Of a DNA stretch of 64,000 bases, positions 37,513 to 48,680 are shown piece by piece; position 1 is the stretch's first letter, and the number at the start of each line of letters is the position of its first letter. Under the pieces are notes generated by a model. That model had not been told where the DNA came from and ran no database searches. It saw only the letters and a program-made list of their open reading frames with translations. The stretch is from positions 1 through 64,000 of the forward strand of contig RSEE01000005.1 of the NCBI GenBank assembly GCA_003971905.1. Reading direction: 5' to 3'. The position numbers were made by a program, and so were the translations under genes. The DNA is from Moniliella sp. 'wahieum'. Taxonomy: Eukaryota.

Positions 37513-39823
37513 ATGCTCAACCGCTTTCCCTTTGAGATCCTTCTGCAAATCGCCACCAGCGGCCACCTCGCACCTCGTGAACTCATCCACCTGTCGTGGA
37601 CTTGCCAAGGTACTCGCACCTCCCTCCTGCATGTGCAGCCCCAAGCATCACCCTATGCTAGGAAACGGCGTCTGTAGTATCCATGTCGGATGCGCTAACT
37701 CGCTGTGCTCTTTCCAGGTCTACATGCCACTTTGCAAGACGAAACGCTGTGGCACCATGTCGCTTTAATTCTTCTCCGTCTTCCATCTATGGCCACCACT
37801 CTCCCCGAGGCCGCCCAGTGTGCCGGGTTTAAGGTCGCACCTCGCACGTGGCAGGGACTGCTCGTTGCTTGTGAGATGCTAGAAGAAGTGTTTGGATGGA
37901 CCATGACGGGAACCTCTCTGCGTCCTAAGCGTTCAACCTCTCATCGGATTGGTCATCCATTTATGCGACGACGCGCTCGGCACAAAAAAGAATCCGATTC
38001 ATCTCTATGCCCGCACGTCGCCTCTGCTCTCTCCCTCGTGTTCGGTGCGACGCGCCGGTTGGCCTATGTGAGCGAGCCGAGTTGCCCCTGCCCATGTTTG
38101 CCCCCGGCACGGGCAATGGACCGGCGCCGAGTCAAAGAATTTGACGATCCCCGATTTTATGTGTTGACTGACGTGGTTGTCATGGAAGATGTGTGGAATC
38201 CTCACAATCCGGCCGCATCTGGTCATGTCCGGCACCGGAAGAAGATACTTTTGGCGGGGCGGTGGTACTGGCAGAAGGCTGGCTTTTGCTCAAATGGAGA
38301 ACCAAAATGCCCAAGACGATGTCGGTTGACGATCCCCAGTACCACCGCTCTCGCGTGTCAGTATATCGAACAAGGGAAGACGGCCCTGGTGGATTGCAGA
38401 CCCATGAAAGAGCAAACTGGGACAACGCCTATGACGTGCTGTACTCAGAATATCAATTTGCTGCAATCGTACAGTACCCTTACCTGTTTACCTTGTAAGT
38501 GTATCGTCATCCTAAAATGAGAAGCGTGTGAACACGTTGTGCCTGACTTCTATGTACGATCACGGTGATTTTCATCAGGGGTTCCGTACCCGGCCCATCC
38601 AACACCCAGTCTGAACTCACCACTTACAACCTTCTCACCCAAAAGAGGGAGGCTGTGATACTAAACCTCGATTTAGAGAAGGATATTATGGTCGTATCTG
38701 CCTGCAATCCATGGGAAGTGGGCCTACCTTTGGAACGAACGTGCTTGGAGCGTGTTCGATCGTGAGACCGGCACCGCCTCTCCAATTTTGCTCGGCTCAT
38801 GTCTCCCAAAGCTGGAATGAAGATGCGCCGATCCTATTTTACCTTCCATGGCCTAGCCACATCTCATGGTCACTCGTACCTACAACGCGCGACTACGCTA
38901 CCAGATTTGGACGACCCTGAACCTTTGTGGTGCTTTTCAGCCTGGCCCTTAACAGACACATGGGTCTTTCTGCTCCCCCAGCGAACGGCGGGCCAGATAC
39001 GTCTAGTGTTGGTCAAGAATTACTCTTCCCTATTAACCCCAAACTCCCCAAACCCTGAGCCCTGGATGGCGGCCATTGATATCGGTCCCTCACAGCCCCC
39101 GGAAGTATACCCGACGTATTGGGAGTGGAAGCCAGCCACAGAGGCCAAGTGTGATCTCCTTATTGATGACGGTCGAAGCCTTGTCCCTGTCATGGTTCCC
39201 AACTGGCACGTTCAAGTGTCCCAGGACCAATTAACTGACCGCGTTATTGGCCAATACAAATCGTTCGATGACAAACCTTCCTTCCTGAAGAAACCTCGGC
39301 CTACAACTCAAGTTGTTGGCTCGATGCGGATGGTTTTGATCGATTGGAAGTATGCTTCGCGGGCGGACGAGATTCGCATCACTGACCTCCCCCTGCCTGC
39401 GGTGAGGATAGACGCGTCGAAGCCTGAGCCAATAGTGTTGGGTACGAACTTTTCCCTTCCGGGCCCATGCGCGGAGGGGACCAAATGGCTGGGCATTGTG
39501 CACAGTCCCCGCCAACTCCTACCCACCTCCAGCGTACTCACATCAGCCGGTGCCACCGTCGCATGCACCTCTTTTAGGGCCTCCTTGAAATGGTTATCGC
39601 GCAAGTACGTACTCTTTTCCAATCGGCATACAGTGCAATATGGTTAACCACAGGGTGTCTAGTGTGTGACGAAGGAGAAAGCACGACTGAACACCATCCT
39701 CCAAAAGGCACCCCTCAGGACACCGACGGGCCAAGCGATGGGCTGGGCAAGGAGGCCGACCTGCCCTATGTGGTGCACTGGGACTGGGGCACGCAGGCAC
39801 ATGACTGGCTGAGGACCCATTAA
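37513..39823 (+). CDS. F-box-like protein, copy A (unrecognised C-terminal region)
   Basis: MLNRFPFEILLQIATSGHLAPRELIHLSWTCQ, intron about 37610-37718, then GLHATLQDETLWHHVAL. This fits the F-box consensus (L..LP.EIL..I...L...DL..LS.TC+.L....D..LW). A further intron lies near 39605-39653. Ends AHDWLRTH*. Confidence 0.7.
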
Positions 39824-40804
39824 GTTTTCTGGAGTTGCGGTGGCCATATTGCTGGGGTGCGGCAAGTGCCTGAACTACCTTGGTCTAGTCGTAGTACCCT
39901 GTTGATACATAATCCGCAATACCTTCTTCATCCCTTCATCGATTGCTAATCTGGCGAAGCACCTTCTCAACTATGTGGAGGGCGCCACCAGAGATATCCT
40001 TTTGGATGGTTACGCGTTACGCCCCTCGCAGGCGAGCGTCACCTATCAACTTGGGGCCGCTACGGTGCAGGGGACCTAGCACTAACGGGCCCAAGGATTT
40101 CTATTGACGCTGACAGCCCAATTGGAGGGCAGCCAAATTGCTACCCAGGATGCTTCAGCGAACCTTTTTGGCATAGCATTGCTGTTATTTCTGCCTATGC
40201 AGCCAGTTGCGTACAGGGGGGAACATCATTCTCGCGACGCGTTTCATACCATAGCGCGCTTCGTAATGAAAAAGGGCTAAGAGCACGCGGCTGGACGAGA
40301 AGTGGAGTCGACAAATAGAAACATTGCCATCAAATGTTCATTTCAAATTTAAGTTTAGGGTTGGTCGTCGATTTGTCCACGGCGCAATAAAATGCCGGCG
40401 CATGGGGGAGCCAGTGCCATGCGGGCTCTTTGCTGCGGCCGTGACGGCCAATGGGACAGGGACAGTGCCTTGTTCTCAGTGCAGTACTGCGCTCGCTTTG
40501 CCGGATGTCGGTTGTCTGCTTTCGCAAGCCGACTTCGCGGTTTGCTATCCACCACACCAAGCGATCTGAGGTGAGTCCCAACTTGAGTCGACTCTGGGGC
40601 AGATGAGAGGGAATTGCGTCTCTGGCTACATGGATCCAAGATGGGTGTGCGGCTACGCTTGTCCTGACCCCCTACCTCGGTCCAGGGGTTGCCCTAGCCA
40701 AGGACGGCGGCTTCGATGCCCCTCTCGCAACTTCTTCTGACCGCTTGTTGGGATCTTGACGTACTAATGCGCTGTCATCTCCTTTTCATTCCAGGTCTTT
40801 CGAG

Positions 40805-41270
40805 ATGCAGATCTTCGTCAACTCTGTCCAGGGCAAACCCTGACCCTGGCTGTGGCCCCCGAGGCTACCGTCGAGTCGATCAAGGCTCTCAACTTTGCGC
40901 GTGACGGCATCCCCGCCGCGGAGCAGCGCCTGCTCTACGGTGGCAAGCAGCTCGCCGATGGCCGCACCCTCGCCGACTACGGCATTCAGAAGGACTCGAC
41001 GCTGCACATGTCGCTGAGGTATGTTTGATCCCAACCTACAAGGGACGGACGATGGTGTCTTAGATGTACTGACGGAACTTGGCGTTGTATCTCTGTAGCC
41101 TTCTCGGTGGTATCATTGAGCCCTCGCTCAAGGTGCTCGCCTCTAAGACCAACGTTGAGAAGCAGATCTGCCGCAAGTGCTACGCTCGTCTTCCTCCCCG
41201 TGCGACCAACTGCCGGAAGCGCAAGTGCGGCCACTCGTCGCAGCTGCGCAAGAAGAAGGTCCTTAAGTAA
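40805..41270 (+). CDS. RPL40: Ubiquitin-like-60S ribosomal protein eL40 fusion with divergent ubiquitin moiety
   Basis: Exon 40805-41018, intron 41019-41098, then [54 protein letters not shown]. Probable 5' UTR intron 40571-40794. One base is missing near 40835. Confidence 0.95.
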
Positions 41271-41579
41271 ATGCGACCCCGCTTAGATCTGTCTGGTCTC
41301 TGCCTTTGTCCACTCCCTGGATATTGGTGGAGGCCGACGCCAAAAGATAGGGCCATTGGGGGAGGGTTTTCCTACCCCATTTTGACGTGCTAGGCTTGGG
41401 CACTGTCAAGGACAGTCAGCGCTTGCGCTGGCATGATCATTTTGCTCTCCCTGGCCTTGTTGTCAAGCCACCTTTTCAGTCCCTATGCATGCGCTCCCTA
41501 GCGTGTCTTCATGCATGCTTCTTAACTCATCGGCAAAGACTTGCATAGCGTTGCCCGACAGTTTATGGGACAATCAAGC

Positions 41580-41890
41580 TGGTGCTTTGTTGGTGCGCAC
41601 CGCATGGATGGAAGACGGAGAATACGTAAAGCGGCGCGATACCACAGGGCTCATCTTGCAATGTAGCATGGAGACCTGGGACGAGCACACAGAGATAGCG
41701 ATGTGGGAACTGAGGTCTGGGTACAGTATACAGATGTCTCGCTTCTAACCCCCCCCCACAGGCGATGCTTAGGGGAGCAAGAGGAGGAGCTGCGGGCGCC
41801 TTGGCACATCCATGAGGTCACGAGGTGCGATGTGGGCGCTGGTGGCGATATGCAGTACGATGTCAAAGAGAAGGCAGTCGAGCACCATAG
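41580..41890 (-). pseudogene. 5' relic of the F-box-like family (copy C)
   Basis: MVLDCLLFDIVLHIATSAHIAPRDL, a degenerate intron, then GLHATLQDE..W..AALRILRLPSM. Similarity stops after about 300 bp. Confidence 0.75.
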
Positions 41891-42141
41891 TTGATGATGT
41901 GAAAGAGGACGACCAGTGGCGTTTGCGGGGCTGAGATGAGATATGCACCCGTTGAGATCCCAACCCGGCCCACAACTCAGCCGGGTTAGTCTGCAACATC
42001 ACGCATGCATCACGCACTTCAACAGGTACCTGGTCATAGAAATAGCAGAGCCAACCCCGCAACAAACAGGCTTGAAAACGCTTGCCCCCACCAGGCCCCA
42101 CCCCCTCTGTTCTTGGACCACGGGGACCCACCATCGCCAGC

Positions 42142-43483
42142 ATGCGAATCAAGCTGGCCCCGGCGCTCGCACTCACGTCCTTATTGCCCCCGAGCCCGTG
42201 CACACGCGTCCCCTCTCCCTCCTTGGCAACCAGTATACCATCCAGGGCGAGCCTTCCGCCCACAGTCCGCCAGTTCGCTGCGTGCCCTCCTTGTTCTCGC
42301 CAATGCGACCGGCGTGACCGCGAGTTTTTACCGCTTGTTTGCGCTCTGGTTTGCCTCCCAGGGCGTTGGGGTGGCAACGTTTGACTACGATGGACTGGAC
42401 GCTCTATCCCCCCGGCTACAGTGGCGATGATGGGGTGCGCGCGTGTCCAGACAATGTGAGCTTGACGGGGACATGGGCACGAGAAGACTTCGGCTGGTTA
42501 TCAGTGCGCTAGGGACGAAGCATTTGCCCTTTGGGTGCGGCGGCGGACGAGTTGGAGTTGACAGTGTTGGGTCATTCGTTGGGAGGGCATTTGGCTGCTG
42601 TTCAAGACGCTGCCTTTACTCTTAGGCCGAATCATGGTGGTCGTGGCCAGACCGTCTCTCGCATCCTCACTGTGGGCGGGGCCAACCGCACTGGCGTATG
42701 CACACCCACACCCCCCTGAGGCAGTGAAGCACTTTTGGCAACGCATGATTGTCCCGCGGATGATGGCCGAGGGTGTGTCTTCCGTTCCTCTGCCGCTGGG
42801 CTGGGAGTAGATTATCCTGCCAGCCCTGGGTGGGAGTGGTACGAGTGGTAGGTTCTCTTACCACACATTTGAGGAACCGACGCCAAATACTGACCCGTAA
42901 TGTGTACCAGGATGATGCACCCGCTCTTTAGCTTGGCACGGGAGGAGAATGAGAACCACATGCGTGCCAACTTGGCTTCACATCCGTTGACCATGCTCCA
43001 GTTCCAAGATGACGATATGATTCCCCTGGAGTACGTGTCGTTTCTCTATGGCTGGCGAGTTAGAATGTGTACTTATCATCATCTCTGTGAATGTGTGGAC
43101 CCAGTGCCATGTTTGAAAAGATGGCAAGCCAATATGCGGCGGCACAACCTCTCTACCACATCAAGCTCGATCCGGCACTGCCGCATGTCGAAGGTGTACT
43201 GCCCTATGGAGGGCATGTGCATCTCTTCCGTCCCGGCACTAACGGTGGCCCGTCCATCACCACCGACAGTGTTGTTCTCCGGCGAGAAGATGTCTACTGG
43301 CCGTTCGTGCTCGCCTACGTCTTGCATGGGGAGGTGGACACAGACCTGCTGAGTCAAGTGCGACTGTGCCACCGCACCATAGACTTTGCACGTGCCAGGA
43401 TGAGAGGGAAGCGCGCCGGGAGGAATGCGACGCAGCACGAGTGGCAGGAGAGCCGATTCCGATATTTGAGCGGGCGGATGTAG
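42142..43483 (+). CDS. Alpha/beta hydrolase (COG4757-like)
   Basis: VLANATGVTASFYRLFALWFASQGVGVATFDY, nucleophile elbow VLGHSLGGH, FQDDDMI and catalytic-His region YGGHVHLF. Introns about 42848-42911 and 43032-43103. Confidence 0.8.
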
Positions 43484-43564
43484 AAGAGGCAGAGCCTGCC
43501 ACGAGGCTGCAGCAACATCCCTCTGCCCGGCTTTGATGGCCTACCAACTACTGCAATAGGCTGT

Positions 43565-44558
43565 CTATTGTTACGGGCCGCGTCTCGGATCTAAGATGGT
43601 CTGATTCGAATTAAGGTCCTCCTCCTCTACCCACACCCAGTAGAGCGCGTTCCCTAGTCCAACCAAGTTTGACCGTCGCTGGTCAAACCGTGTACGGTGG
43701 CCCGAGTGATCACGCGTCCGGTCGCACCTTGCTCAAGCTGAAGTCGGTGGCCACAATGAGGCCACCGTCAAGTTGTCGGTTCCTTAATACAACAATACAA
43801 CAATTGTCGCCGCGTTCCCGTTTCTCTCTTTCTCCGTTGTGCCTGTGGCATCCAACCCCCCGTTTCTATGTCCCCCTTTGCACCCCTTCATTGTATGTGT
43901 TTTTCCTTCTTAGATCTAGCCTGGACCCCTGGTTGGTGGGGATCTTTGCCCACCTTTCATTTTCGCTGCCTTCAGCCTTTCCTGTTCACCACATCTGCCT
44001 TTTCTCCAGGCAATTTATTCAAAACCTCGTCTCCACTTAGTTTCCTCCTTGCCATTCGATCTCGCCTTTGAGCTCCCGTCTCCCCGCTCTCAGCGTTTCC
44101 AACAGTCAAGCCGGGTGAGCCCTCCTCTAGCCACGTCGAGTTCAGTCCCAGTCTTGTCGCGTCGGTTTCTATTCCAGCCCCGCCGAATTCGGCCCCTGCC
44201 AAGTCCCAGCTCTCACAGTGTTTGTCCTCTGCTTCCATTTCCCGTCCCTGAGCCTCGAAGGCTTCAGATACGTCAGGACTGCCCAAGCCGGTGCATACCC
44301 AGCCTTGCCACACACCTGCAGATGTCCCTGCTCTACGCCGAGATGCCACTCTCCTTGTGTCCCTATAGCTCTGATGCTCGGATCCCCCAACCAGCTCAAG
44401 CACTAAATTCTTACTTTGGGCTGGAATACTAATCATCTCTGCCGCTGGTCCTCTCGTCGCTCTTCGCGCCCTACCTTGATATATTCCGACTTAGTTTGGG
44501 TGGCTGCCTGCGTGCGAAGGCCGCAGCTCACAGACCCTCCGAGAAGGAGCCGCGTACA
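43565..44558 (+). mobile_element. Putative solo LTR, same family as about 60170-61220
   Basis: Collinear shared blocks with the 60-61 kb copy: acggtggcccgag, gatct.gcctg.acccct.gttg.tggggatc, ggcttcaga.acgt, gcccaagccgg, ctcggatcc.ccaac. TG...CA-like ends. No ORF. Confidence 0.6.
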
Positions 44559-45221
44559 TAGGTCGTTAGACGGTGAAGGGGTCCAGGAGCTCCCAAGTTA
44601 CTCTCTGTTCCTCGCAGCGTTACCACACTCGGAACGCTGTAGTAGGCGGGAACAGACAGAGTCCTACTATAAGAAGAGCAAGCGCTACACTGATGAGGGT
44701 AACCGCGGCTTGCAGCGTACTCGACGTAATAAGTCGTAAATTCGTAAGCGTAAGGGTGGTAGAAGGTGTAAGAGCGAGAGAGGAACGGGTAGTCAGGGAG
44801 ACCAAAGACAGGAGACAGGATGGTCGACACAGCTAGCAAGCCTTAGACATGGCTGCTTAGTATATACAACAGAAGGAATCATTATAATCCGGCCTCAAGT
44901 GCCTCATCACAGAAAGGATAAACAGAATGCGGGGCACTTTCCAGAGAGGTAAAGACTTATGCACAGCCCATGCTCTCAAAGGCGAGATGACGCTGTGTAG
45001 TCGGGCACAGCATGAAGGATTCTGCCAAGGCTGGACACAATGGGCACAAAGCATCGTACCGATGAACCCATGCGACCATGGCGGGCCGCGGATGATAGCC
45101 CGACTGACTCCTTCTCGATAGTCTAACAAGACTGACGCGTGTCCGGCTGAGATGTCTACGACATGTATTAAGGCTCAACGTGCGGAGATAACCGGAGCGC
45201 GTCTTAACAACTGAAGCATAC

Positions 45222-47590
45222 TCAATGGGCCCTCAGCCAATCGCGTGCCCGCGTGCCCCAGTCCCAGTGCACCACATAAGGCTGGCTGGCTTCCTTGCCC
45301 AGTCCATCGCGTCCGTCGCTGTCCTGAGGTGTGACCTTCCGGAGGATGGTGGTCAGCCGTGTCTCCTGCATCGATCATCCCACACCGGGAATCCGGGGGT
45401 TAACCACAGTTGCGCTGTCAATTGGAAAGAGAGTATACGTACTTGCGGTGGATCTTCTACTAATATTAAGTTCAATAAGGAGGCGCTAAAAGCGGTGAAT
45501 GCGACGGTGGCACTGGCCGATGTGAGCAGGCTGGCGGAGGTTGAAATTGAGAACGGCAGTGCACGGTGCTCAAGAGCTGGGTCCCCTCCGCACATGATCC
45601 TGGAAGGGAAAAGTTCGTGCCCAACACTATTTGTTCAGGCTCCGACGCGTCCACCATTATGGCAGGAAGGGGGAGGTCGGTCACGCGAATCTCGTCTGGC
45701 CCCGACGCATGCTTCCAATCCAACAAAACCATTCGCATCGATCCAACAAAATCTTGGGCTTCAGACACAGGCCTGGGCCAAATGGAGGATCTGCCGAACG
45801 ATTGGTACTGGCCAATCACGCCGCAGTGGCTTTGTGTCTGGGTCACTTCCACGTGCCAGTCGGGAACCAAAAAGACAGGGAAAAGAGCTCGGCCATCGTC
45901 GATAGCAAGATCGCATTTGGGGCGGATGACAGTCTGCCGTCCCAAATTGGTCAACAGGCGCATTTCGGAGAGCTGTGGTGGCTCGATAGTAATGAACACC
46001 ATCCACGGATCAGGGCTCAGGCAGTGCGGGCTAATATGGCGCGGTAGTGTTTGACCAGCACTAGATGCACCAAGTCCGTCGTGCTCTCGTGGAACATAAA
46101 GACCCAGGTATCCGATGAGGGCCAGACAGTAAACCCCCACAGAGGTTCATGTGTTACGTCCAAATCTGGCAATGTAGGCGCGGTCTTCAGTAGGAACGGG
46201 TGACCTTGAGGGGTGGCCGGGCCTTGGAGCGTAAAATAGGACCGGGACATCTTCACTCCAGCTTGGGCCGACATGAGCTGGGTAAATTGAAGATGCATGT
46301 GCCAGTCGTACGTTCGATAACGATCCACGTACGTTTGGTCCAAAAATAAGCCCACTTCTGATCGATCCTAAGGTGTTGGGTACCAAATGCATTCCCCAAC
46401 GATAGATCATATCGGCGCGTCTCAGGAGTGCCACTTCATCCCTCCTCTCTTGGGTAAGGAGATTGTAGGTGGTGAGTTCACCCTGGTCGTCGTCATTCGG
46501 TGAGTAGCCTCTGATGAGATTCACCCCGATTGCCCACAGGTCAGGTACAATTGTGCGCACGATGATTCTCATGTTAGGAGGGTTCACACACAAGGTAAAC
46601 AAGTAAGGGTATTGAACGACAGCTGCATCAATTTCCCTGAAGTACAGCACGTCATCGGCTTTGTCCCATTCTTGGCATTCATGGGATCGAAACTCTCCAG
46701 GGGGCATGCCTTTGCCCGATACGCTTCCACACGTTGCAGGACCCCACCGCTGCGCGATAACGCCGTGGCCGTGGGCATTTTGACGATCCACGAGAGCAAA
46801 AGCCAGCCTTCTTCCAGCACCATCCCTCCGTAAAATTGTTCTCCTGCCGGCATCCGGCAAGACCAGATGACGTTGGATGGTGGGCATTTAAACAAATCCG
46901 TCATGACGACCATGTTCCCCTGTCGCTGAATTCGGGGATCGCTAAACTCTTTAATGTTCCGGCGCTGGAGGTTCATAACCGTTGCCGAGGCAAACGTGGG
47001 TATGGGCGATGTGCACCCAACCAGGCCAAACGTCGCATCGCACTGGACACGAGAGGAAACCATAGTAAGATGCGGGTCTGGAGATGGATCGGCGTTTGTT
47101 TGCTGAGGGCGTCGTCCCCAAAATAATGGATCCCTAGTCTTCTGCTGGGGAGGGGGGGGTTTGCTTGGTGAGCAGAGAGGTCCCGGTCATGGTCCACCCA
47201 AACTCTTCCTCCAGTATCTCACAAGCAACGAGCAGTCCCTGCCACGTGCGTGGTGTGACCTCAAACCCGGCACACTGGGCGGCCTCGGGGAGAGTGGTGG
47301 CCATGGATGGCAGATGGAGAAGAAGTAAAGCAACATGGTGCCACAGCGTTTCGTCTTGCAAACTAGCATGGAGGCCTGGAATGAGGACAGAGAGTTAGCG
47401 GATCCGACATGGGCCTGTGGATACTATACAGATGCCGTTTCCTAGCATAGGACGATACTTGGGGTTGCACATGCAGGAGGGAAGTGTGAGTACCTTGGCA
47501 AGTCCACGACAGGTGGATGAGTTCACGAGGTGCAAGGTGGCCGCTCGTGGCGATTTGCAGAAGGATTTCAACAGGAAAGCGGTCGAGCAT
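45222..47590 (-). CDS. F-box-like protein, copy B (inverted paralogue of copy A)
   Basis: MLDRFPVEILLQIATSGHLAPRELIHLSWTCQ, same first intron, DETLWHHVAL..TWQGLLVACE, KCDLAIDDGRAL, VGSMRMVLLDWK.AS..DEIRVTDLPLPA, IVLGTNFSLPG. Ends ARDWLRAH*. Confidence 0.72.
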
Positions 47591-48319
47591 CGAAGTTGAT
47601 GGTGGTATAACGAGAGGGTCCGAGGTGTGTTTGCAAGGATTGCAGGGGTTGGGGGGATTCTCCAAAGCATCGAGGACACTGCGACCGTCCTCATATATAT
47701 ACCGCGAGTGTGGCGCACACAACAGCTATTATATGCATTCCCAGGTTTCAACGCATATTCAGTTGTGGATTGTATAAGAGGGTCTGCATGTCTGTTGCGA
47801 TATATACTGAAGTCAGGTGTCCCTCATGTTGAGCCGTCAGGTGGCTCGTGCTTTGGCCAACGTCGCTTCAATTCCTCCTCAGGCCTAGGAGTTCCGTTGT
47901 TTTCTCTCTCTTGTTTTTCCTTGTTCCGCAGCTTAGCCCCTGGGGGCGACTCGCTGCTCGATGATCCGCTGAAGGCGTTGCTGGTTGGCTTAGCGCACCG
48001 CCACCACCAGTGCGATTGCGATTGCATCATCATCGAGGGCCATCGGGACTCCAGGTCTCATCACCGGCATCACCTCAACCTGTAATTAGGGGGTAGGAGG
48101 AACCCACCACCGCCACAGCTCGAGGTTCCCCCTTCGCTCCGCCCCCTTTGTGAATGAGGCGATCGGGTTATTTTCGAATATAAAGCACCACATTTCGCAG
48201 CCCTCTCATTGATGAAGCACAGATGCCAACTCTATCCCCGGTAATACAGTGTACTACGATATATTAGTGTGAGAATTGAAGATGCTTTCAAAGCTACGGT
48301 TATCCATCGCAGCCGGACA

Positions 48320-48680
48320 TGGAAGGGGCCCCAAACGCCACAATTATCCGTACCCATATTGCGCCCATCTTGCCGAACCTCGTAATTGATGGTCCGTCTG
48401 CGCACCGTTTTCGCAGCGGTTTAGTGCTCTTGAAAAAGGAATATACACGTTCCGTATAACCTGTGATAGCCCTTCTGGTTGATATACCTGCGCCGATCGA
48501 TCAGGGACCTGACCAACGGGACTTGAGGAATATTAAGGACCCGTACGGCAAGTTGGTGCCCACAATACCTAACCAAAACAGGGAGAAGGGCTCGGCCATG
48601 GTCAATCGCACAGTTTGGCCTCTCCGGCATATGGATCATCTATAGGCATACAGAAGTAGACCGGGGGGGGACAGAAAGCA
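48320..48680 (-). pseudogene. Internal relic of the F-box-like family (copy D)
   Basis: PERPNCAIDHGRALLPVLV matches KCDLAIDDGRALFPVFLV of copy B. The later SLIDRR matches VLIDWK. Confidence 0.5.

Noticed and set aside
43557..44563. taggc/taggt as the TSD of the 43.6-kb LTR
   Set aside because: It matches only 4/5 and requires a start different from the best inverted terminus, so it was not used as evidence.
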